DNA of 64,000 nucleotides from Eledone cirrhosa. Lineage: Eukaryota. Positions within the stretch are counted from its first letter, which is position 1, and each line of letters opens with the position of its first letter. The notes under the pieces were generated by a model. That model was given only the letters and a program-made list of their open reading frames with translations. It was not told the DNA's origin and made no database searches. Made by a program: the position numbers and the translations under genes. Location: contig CAXHJY010000973.1 of assembly GCA_964016885.1 (NCBI GenBank), forward strand, positions 186,001 to 250,000, read 5' to 3'. Positions 55,874 to 64,000 of this stretch are shown piece by piece.

Positions 55874-56416
55874 CCCTTTAGCATTCAAACCGACAAGATT
55901 ATGTCCCCTTTCGTTTATTCAAACCGACAAAAACCGACATTTAATACCACACGGAGATCTCCTTCTAAAAATAAACATTGACATCATCGAAATCTCGTCA
56001 ATTCGAGATTACTGCGAGATAAAGCCCTTACGCGCGAAAATTAACTCTTAGTATAGTTAAAGAACTTGCGATAACACGTGTTTTTAACGTTGAAAGTGTA
56101 CATGGCTTCCGAAAGTAGCGACAACGAATTTGAAGGTTTTACGTCTGACGACATTCGAGATCAAAAAGAAACAGAAGATAATATCAGTGATTTATCTTGC
56201 CCATAAAAGTCAAATTTAACAAAAAAAATCAGGTAAAAATATATAATTGTAAATTATAGTTATTTAAACATCTACTGACAAAATTTCAAGTCTGCACATA
56301 GAAAATTAAAGTAATTAGAAACAAATAAAATTGATAACCCTCTTGAGTATAATTAAGTGAAAATAATGCGAATAGATGAACATGACATTTGACAATTCAA
56401 TGTGAATGCTAAAGGG
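55874..56416. mobile_element. Non-autonomous piggyBac-type DNA transposon (MITE), 543 bp
   Basis: Perfect 14-bp TIRs CCCTTTAGCATTCA / TGAATGCTAAAGGG flanked by TTAA (55870-55873, 56417-56420). CCC...GGG ends with a TTAA TSD are the piggyBac hallmark. Confidence 0.88.
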
Positions 56417-56436
56417 TTAAGGAATAAAAGAAACAA

Positions 56437-57181
56437 TAATAATGGTTTCTACTTTAGGCACAAGTCCAGCAATCACCCAGTGTATTACTGGTACTTTATT
56501 TTATTGACCCCGTAAGGATGAAAGGTAAAGTTAACCTCGACAGGATTTGAACTCAGAATGGCAAGGGCCGTAACTCTCTGCTGCCAAGCATGATGTCCGA
56601 CCCTTTACCAATACTGCCAATCCACCACCCATGATGTCCGACCCTCTACCGATACTGCCAATCCACCACCCATGATGTCCGACCCTCTACCGATACTGCC
56701 AATCCACCACCCATGATGTCCGACCCTCTACCGATACTGCCAATCCACCACCCATGATGTCCGACCCTCTACCGATACTGCCAATCCACCACCCATGATG
56801 TCCGACCCTCTACCGATACTGCCAATCCACCACCCATGATGTCCGACCCTCTACCGATACTGCCAATCCACCACCCATGATGTCCGACCCTCTACCGATA
56901 CTGCCAATCCACCACCCATGATGTCCGACCCTCTACCGATACTGCCAATCCACCACCCATGATGTCCGACCCTCTACCGATACTGCCAACAATTTGGTGG
57001 GAGGGGAAGCCAGGTAAATCAACTCCAGTACATTACTGGTACTTTATTTTATTGACCCCCGTAAGAACGAAGGGCAAAACTAACGTCGGTGGGATTTGTA
57101 ATCAGAATGTAAAGGGCGATAACTCTGTGCCATAAAACGTTGTCCGACACTCTACCGATTACTGCCAATCCACCACACTTA
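56437..57181 (-). mobile_element. Composite of two SINE family B copies (nested or dimeric) enclosing a 41-bp minisatellite
   Basis: Two family B cores (~56490-56560 and ~57035-57105); the whole block is flanked by AAAAGAAACAA at 56426-56436 and 57182-57192. Confidence 0.78.
56589..56989 (+). repeat. 41-bp minisatellite (~10 copies) derived from the SINE 5' head
   Basis: Unit CATGATGTCCGACCCTCTACCGATACTGCCAATCCACCACC is the reverse complement of the family B head (compare 53031-53070). Confidence 0.93.
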
Positions 57182-57214
57182 AAAAGAAACAAATATAATA
57201 AGAGGAGTACTCAC

Positions 57215-57336
57215 ATTGAGCAAGTGGGTGCATCTTCCAATGAGTTGGTCCTCTCCAGGTTTGTAACAACTGTTGGTTAAAGAAGGAATACTCTGAAGGT
57301 GTTGCAGCTAGAAAGGTGAGCAGGGAACCCGAGGTG
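57215..57336 (-). CDS. NCAPH: Condensin complex subunit 2 internal exon, phase 2/1: TSGSLLTFLAATPSEYSFFNQQLLQTWRGPTHWKMHPLAQ
   Basis: Acceptor CTCTCTATTTACAG| and donor CAAT|GTGAGT. EYSFF...WRGPTHWK matches the hallmark Barren/CAP-H motif EYSYF...WAGPxHW. Confidence 0.9.
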
Positions 57337-57949
57337 CTGTAAATAGAGAGGAGAATACCAATCACCATTTAGTCCAGTCGGATACCATCAGGTTGGTCAG
57401 ATACAATGGATCACACTCTCATTGCACTAATGTTTTTCAAGGTTACCTCTACAGATGTCTACATAAATGGGACTCTGGTCCCTTCTATAATCACTGGTAC
57501 AAGGTTACCTCCTTATGTAACACAAACACACAATCCATGCTAAAGAAGCTCCACGCTGCTAGTCCTTACATGATGTCACTTGGACCCTAGACCTCCACTG
57601 TTTATTTCTTCAGGATTTCAAACCTGCTAGAGACAATCCCTGTAGTACAGCTACAGACAATTTCTTCAAGAGAAGGAGGGAGTGAAAAGAGAAATGGAAG
57701 ACTCAGCCCCAGTACTGAAGGGGTCCATTTAGCTATTCTCCTCAGCACTACACTGACCACTCACCCCTCCATCACTATCACCTCTTAGGTATTCTCACCA
57801 TCACTACATCCCCAACTCATCACCCTGCCAAATCACACCCCACCACACTGCCATAAATTCATGTTTATCTTCCTTCTCTAGCCCCCCACCACCATCATAA
57901 CTAAACTCCACACAGCAGAGATGGTTATTCAGTTGGGACAATAACTGAC

Positions 57950-58250
57950 ATCTTTAGTGTTGGTGACACAAAAATGCACCCTGTACACACTGTAACATGG
58001 TTGGCAATAAGGCCGTGCAGCTGTAGAAAGCTGACCAAGCAAAGGGTCACAGTTGTCACAGACATGACAGCCTTCCTAGTGTTGGTGATATGTACACAAA
58101 CACACCCAGTACACTCTGTAAAGTAGTTGGTCATAGGAAGGGCATCCTGCCACAGAGACCTTGCCAAACAAAGGGTTGGGAGGACCCTTCAGTTGTGTCA
58201 AAAACATAATCTCTCTAGTGTTGGTGTCAAAATGCACTTAGTAGAGCATG
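57950..58250 (+). mobile_element. Degenerate fragments related to the RTE/SINE 3' tail
   Basis: ACACTGTAACATGGTTGG...CAGCTGTAGAAA and CCCAGTACACTCTGTAAAGTAGTTGGTCATAGGAAGGGCATCC resemble 41598-41650; TAGTGTTGGTG occurs three times. Confidence 0.55.
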
Positions 58251-58254
58251 GGAC

Positions 58255-61200
58255 CGTGAGATGTGAGCTCCCAGAACAGTCTGGGGAGTCAGATGCGAGA
58301 TGTGAGCTCCCAGAATTGTCTAGGGAGTCAGATGTGAGCTCCCAGAACTGCCTAGGGAGTCAAATGTGAGATGTTAGCTCCCAGAACTGTCTGGGGAGTC
58401 AGATGTAAGATGTGAGCTCCCAGAATTGTCTAGGGAGTCAGATGTGAGCTCCCAGAACTGCCTAGGGAGTCAGATGTGAGATGTGAGCTCCCAGAACTAT
58501 CTAGGGAGTCAGATGTGAGATGTGAGGGCCCAGAACTGTCTAGGGAGTCAGATGTGAGATGTTAGGGCCCAGAACTGTCTGGGGAGTCAGATGTGAGATG
58601 TGAGGGCACAGAACTGTCTGGGGAGTCAGATGTGGGATTGGAGCTCCCAGAACTGTCTAGGGAGTCAGATGTGAGATGTGAGCTCCCAGAACTGTCTAGG
58701 GAGTCAGATGTGAGCTCCCAGAACTGTCTGGGGAGTCAGATGTGAGATGTGAGCTCCCAGAACTGTCTGGGGAGTCAGATGTGAGATGTGAGCTCCCAGA
58801 ACTGTCTAGGGAGTCAGATGTGAGATGTGAGCTCCCAGTATTATCTAGGGAGTCAGATGTGAGATGTGAGGGCCCAGAACTGTCTAGGGAGTCTGATGTG
58901 AGATGTGAGGTCCCAGAACTGTCTAGGGAGTCAGATGTGAGATGTGAGGTCCCAGAACTGTCTAGGGAGTCAGATGTGAGCTCCCAGAACTGTCTAGGGA
59001 GTCAGATGTGAGATGTGAGCTCCCAGAACTCTCTGGGGAGTCAGATGTGAGGGCCCAGAACTGTCTAGGGAGTCAGATGCGAGATGTTAGGGCCCAGAAC
59101 TGTCTGGGGAGTCAGATGTGAGATGTGAGATCCCAGAACTGTCTAGGGAGTCAGATGTGAGATGTGAGGGCCCAGAACTGTCTGGGGTGTCAGATGTGAG
59201 ATGTGAGGGCCCAGAACTGTCTGGGGAGTCAGATGTGAGATGTGAGCTCCCAGAACTGTCTGGGGAGTGAGATGTGAGATGTGAGGGCCCAGAACTGTCT
59301 GGGGAGTCAGATGTGAGATGTGAGCTCGCAGAACTGTCGAGGGAGTCAGCTGTGAGATGTGAGCTCCCAGAACTATCTGGGGAGTCAGATGGCAGATGTG
59401 AGGGCCCAGAACTGTCTGGGGGGTCAGATGTGAGATGTGAGCTCCCAGAACTGTCTAGGGAGTCAGATGTTAGATGTAAGGGCCCAGAACTGTCTAGGGA
59501 GTCAGATGTGAGATGTGAGCTCCCAGAACTATCTAGGGAGTCAGATGTGAGATGTGAGGGCCCAGAACTATCTGGGGAGTCTGATGTGAGATGTGAGGGA
59601 ACAGAGCTGTCTGGGTAGTCAGATGTGAGGGCCCAGAACTGTCTAGCGAGTCAGATGTGAGATGTGAGGGCCCAGAAATGTCTGGGGAGTCACATGTGAA
59701 TGTGAGGGCCCAGAACTGTCTAGGGAGTTAGATGTGAGATGTGAGGGCCCAGAACTGTCTGGGGAGTCAGATGTGAGCTCCCAGCACTGTCTAGGGAGTC
59801 AGATGTGAGATCCCAGAACTGTCTGGGGAGTCAGATGTGAGATGTGACCTCCCAGAACTGTCTGGGGAGTCAGATGTGAGATGTGAGCTCCCAGAACTGT
59901 CTAGGGAGTCAGATGTGAGATGTGAGGGCCCAGAACTGTTTGGGGAGTGGGATGTGAGGGCCCAGAACTCTCTGGAGAGTCAGATGTGAGCTCCCAGAAC
60001 TGTCTAGGGAGTCAGCTGTGAGATGTGAGGGCCCAGAACTGTCTAGGGAGTCAGATGTGAGATGTGAGGGCCCAGAACTGTCTAGGGAGTCAGATGTGAG
60101 ATGTTAGGGCCCAGAACTATCTGGGGAGTCAGATGTGAGATGTGAGCTCCCAGAACTGTCTAGGGAGTTAGATGTGAGATGTGAGGGCCCAGAACTGTCT
60201 AGGGAGTCAGATGTGAGATGTGAGCTCCCAGAACTGTCAAGGGAGTCAGATGTGAGATGTGAGCTCCCAGAACTGTCTGGGGAGTCAGATGTGAGATGTG
60301 AGCTCCCAGAACTGTCTGGGAAGTCAGATGTGAGGGCGCAGAGCTGTCTGGGGAGTCAGATGTGAATGTGAGGGCCCAGAACTGTCTAGGGAGTTAGATG
60401 TGAGATGAGGGCCCAGAACTGTCTAGGGAGTCAGATGTGAGATGAGGGCACAGAACTGTCTAGGGAGTCAGATGTGAGATGTGAGGGCCCAGAACTGTCT
60501 GGGGAGTCAGATGTGAGATGTGAGCTCCCAGAACTGTTTGGGGAGTCAGATGTGAGATGTGAGCTCCCAGAACTGTCTAGGGAGTCAGATGTGAGATGTG
60601 AGCTCCCAGAACTGTCTAGGGAGTCAGATGTGAGATGTGAGCTCCCAGAACTGTCTAGGGAGTCAGATGTGAGATGTGAGCTCCCAGAACTGTCTGGGGA
60701 GTCAGATGTGAGATGTGAGCTCCCAGAACTGTCTAGGGAGTCAGGTGTGAGCTCCCAGAACTGTCTAGGGAGTCAGATGTGAGATGTGAGGGCCCAGAAC
60801 TGTCTGGGGACTCAGATGTGAGATGTGAGGGCCCAGAACTGTCTAGGGAGTCAGATGTGATATGTGAGGGCCCAGAACTGTCTAGGGAGTCAGATGTGAT
60901 ATGTGAGGGCCCAGAACTGTCTAGGGAGTCAGATGTGATATGTGAGGGCACAGAACTGTCTGGGGAGTCAGATGTGAGATGTGAGCTCCCAGAACTGTCT
61001 AGGGAGTCAGATGTGAGATGTGAGGGCCCAGAACTGTCTGGGGAGTCAGATGTGAGATGTGAGCTCCCAGAACTGTCTAGGGAGTCAGATGTGAGATGTG
61101 AGGGCCCAGAACTATCTGGGGACTCAGATGTGAGATGTGAGGGCCCAGAACTGTCTAGGGAGTCACATGTGAGATGTGAGCTCCCAGAACTGTCTGGGGA

Positions 61201-64000
61201 GTCAGGTGTGAGCTCCCAGAACTGTCTGGGGAGTCAGGTGTGAGCTCCCAGAAGTGTCTAGGGAGTCAGATGTGAGATGTGAAGGCCCAGACCTGTCTGG
61301 GAAGTCAGATGTGAGATGTGAGGGCCCAGAACTGTCTAGGGAGTCAGATGTGAGATGTTAGGGCCCAGAACTGTCTGGGGAGTCAGATGTGAGATGTGAG
61401 CTCCCAGAACTGTCTAGGGAGTCAGATGTGATATGTGAGGGCCCAGAACTGTCTAGGGAGTCAGATGTGAGATGTTAGGGCCCAGAACTGTCTAGGGAGT
61501 CAGATGTGAGATGTGAGCTCCCAGAACTGTCTGGGGAGTCAGATGTGAGGGCCCAGAACTGTCTGGGGAGTCAGATGTGAGATGTGAGCTCCCAGAACTG
61601 TCTAGAGAGTCAGATGTGAGATGTGAGCTCCCAGAACTATCTGGGGAGTCAGATGTGAGATGTGAGGGCCCAGAACTATCTGGGGAGTCAGATGTGAGAT
61701 GTGAGCTCCCAGAACTGTTTGGGGAGTCAGATGTGAGATGAGGGCCCAGAACTGTCTGGGGAGTCAGATGTGAGATGTGAGGGCCCAGAACTGTCTAGGG
61801 AGTCAGATGTGAGATGTTAGGGCCCAGAACTGTCTGGGGAGTCAGATGTGAGATGTGAGGGCACAGAACTGTCTGGGGAGTCAGATGTGAGATTTGAGCT
61901 CCCAGAACTGTCTGGGGAGTCAGATGTGAGATGTGAGCTCCCAGAACTGTCTAGGGAGTCTGTGAGATGTGAGGGCCCAGAACTGTCTAGGGAATCAATG
62001 TGAGATGTTAGGGCCCAGAACTATCTAGCGAGTCAGATGTGAGATGTGAGGGCCCAGAACTGTCGAGGGAGTCAGATGTGAGAAGTGAGGGCCCAGAACT
62101 GTCTAGGGAGTCAGGTGTGAGATGTCAGGGCCTAGAACTGTCTGGGGAGTCAGGTGTGAGATGTGAGCTCCCAGAACTGTCTAGGGGGTTAGATGTGAGA
62201 TGTGAGGGCCCAGAACTGTCTAGGGAGTCAGATGTGAGATGTGAGCTCCCCGAACTATCTGGGGAGTCAGATGTGAGATGTGAGCTCCCAGAACTGTTTG
62301 GGGAGTCAGATGTGAGATCCCAGAACTGTCTAGGGAGTCAGATGTGAGATGTGAGCTCCCAGAACTGTCTAGGGAGTCAGATGTGAGATGTGAGGGCACA
62401 GAACTGTCTGGGGAGTCAGATGTGAGATGTGAGCTCCCAGAACTGTCTAGGGAGTCAGATGTGAGATGTGAGGGCACAGAACTGTCTGGGGAGTCAGATG
62501 TGAGATGTGAGCTCCCAGAACTGTCTAGGGAGTCAGATGTGAGATGTGAGGGCCCAGAACTGTCTAGGGAGTCACATGTGAGATGTGAGCTCCCAGAACT
62601 GTCTGGGGAGTCAGGTTGAGCTCCCAGAACTGTCTAGGGAGTCAGATGTGAGATGTGAGGGCCCAGAACTGTCCGGGAAGTCAGATTTGAGATGTGAGGG
62701 CCCAGAACTGTCTGGGGAGTCAGGTTGAGCTCCCAGAACTGTCTAGGGAGTCAGATGTGAGATGTGAGGGCCCAGAACTGTCCGGGAAGTCAGATTTGAG
62801 ATGTGAGGGCCCAGAACTGTCTGGGGAGTCAGATGTGAGATGTGAGCTCCCAGCACTGTCTAGGGAATCAGATGTGAGATGTGAGGGCCCAGAACTGTCC
62901 GGGAAGTCAGATGTGAGATGTGAGCTCCCAGAACTGTCTAGGGAGTCAGATGTGAGATGTGAGAGCCCAGAACTGTCTAGGGAGTCAGATGTGAGATGTT
63001 AGGGCCCAGAACTGTCTGGGGAGTCAGATGTGAGATGTGAGCTCCCAGAACTGTCTGGGGAGTCAGATGTGAGATGTGAGGGCCCAGAACTGTCTAGGGA
63101 GTCAGATGTGAGATGTTAGGGCCCAGAACTGTCTGGGGAGTCAGATGTGAGATGTGAGGGCCCAGAACTATCTGGGGAGTCAGATGTAAGATGTGAGGGC
63201 CCAGAACTGTCTGGGGAGTCAGATGTGAGATGTGAGCTCCCAGAACTGTTTGGGGAGTCAGATGTGAGATGTGAGCTCGCAGAACTATCTGGGGAGTCAG
63301 ATGTGAGATGTGAGGGCCCAGAACTGTCTGGGGAGTCAGATGTGAGATGTGAGCTCCCAGAACTGTTTGGGGAGTCAGATGTGAGATGTGAGCTCGCAGA
63401 ACTATCTGGGGAGTCAGATGTGAGATGTGAGCTCCCAGAACTGTTTGGGGAGTCAGATGTGAGATCCCAGAACTGTCTAGGGAGTCAGATGTGAGATGTG
63501 AGCTCCCAGAACTGTCTAGGGAGTCAGATGTGAGATGTGAGGGCACAGAACTGTCTGGGGAGTCAGATGTGAGATGTGAGCTCCCAGAACTGTCTAGGGA
63601 GTCAGATGTGAGATGTGAGGGCCCAGAACTGTCTAGGGAGTCACATGTGAGATGTGAGCTCCCAGAACTGTCTGGGGAGTCAGGTTGAGCTCCCAGAACT
63701 GTCTAGGGAGTCAGATGTGAGATGTGAGGGCACAGAACTGTCTGGGGAGTCAGATGTGAGATGTGAGCTCCCAGAACTGTCTAGGGAGTCAGATGTGATA
63801 TGTGATATGTGAGGGCCCAGAACTGTCTAGGGAGTCACATGTGAGATGTGAGCTCCCAGAACTGTCTGGGGAGTCAGGTTGAGCTCCCAGAACTGTCTAG
63901 GGAGTCAGATGTGAGATGTGAGCTCCCAGAACTGTCCGGGAAGTCAGATTTGAGATGTGAGGGCCCAGAACTGTCTGGGGAGTCAGGTTGAGCTCCCAGA
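58255..64000 (+). repeat. 39-bp (and 32-bp variant) tandem satellite; continues past right edge
   Basis: Monomer GATGTGAGATGTGAGCTCCCAGAACTGTCTAGGGAGTCA, with variants GCTCCC/GGGCCC and TAGGG/TGGGG and loss of one GATGTGA heptamer. Confidence 0.98.

Noticed and set aside
58127-63688. Repetitive protein DVRCELPELSRES
   Set aside because: The 39-bp unit is a multiple of three so frames stay open by chance; frequent 32-bp units and stops break the frame, showing no coding constraint.

Overview
This is eukaryotic, repeat-dominated DNA, most likely from a coleoid cephalopod such as Octopus (inferred from the RTE LINE and SINE types). About 80% of the window is tandem satellite: a 40-bp array (1-36390, running off the left edge), a 56-bp array (~43980-52754) and a 39-bp array (~58255-64000, running off the right edge), plus several minisatellites. 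Three short minus-strand exons lie between the repeats (57215-57336, 53158-53384, 42059-42163). They splice in frame with GT-AG sites and encode the central part of condensin I kleisin NCAPH/CAP-H/Barren. The 56-bp array is therefore intronic, and the other two arrays probably are too. The window also holds two decayed RTE-clade LINEs with a PHD-type C4HC3 finger inside the RT region, two SINE families (several copies with target-site duplications) and a piggyBac-type MITE. The 40-bp array has multi-kb higher-order structure and two 347-bp fold-back inversions. Nearly all ORFs in the supplied track are translations of repeats. There are no CRISPR, rRNA or true tRNA genes.
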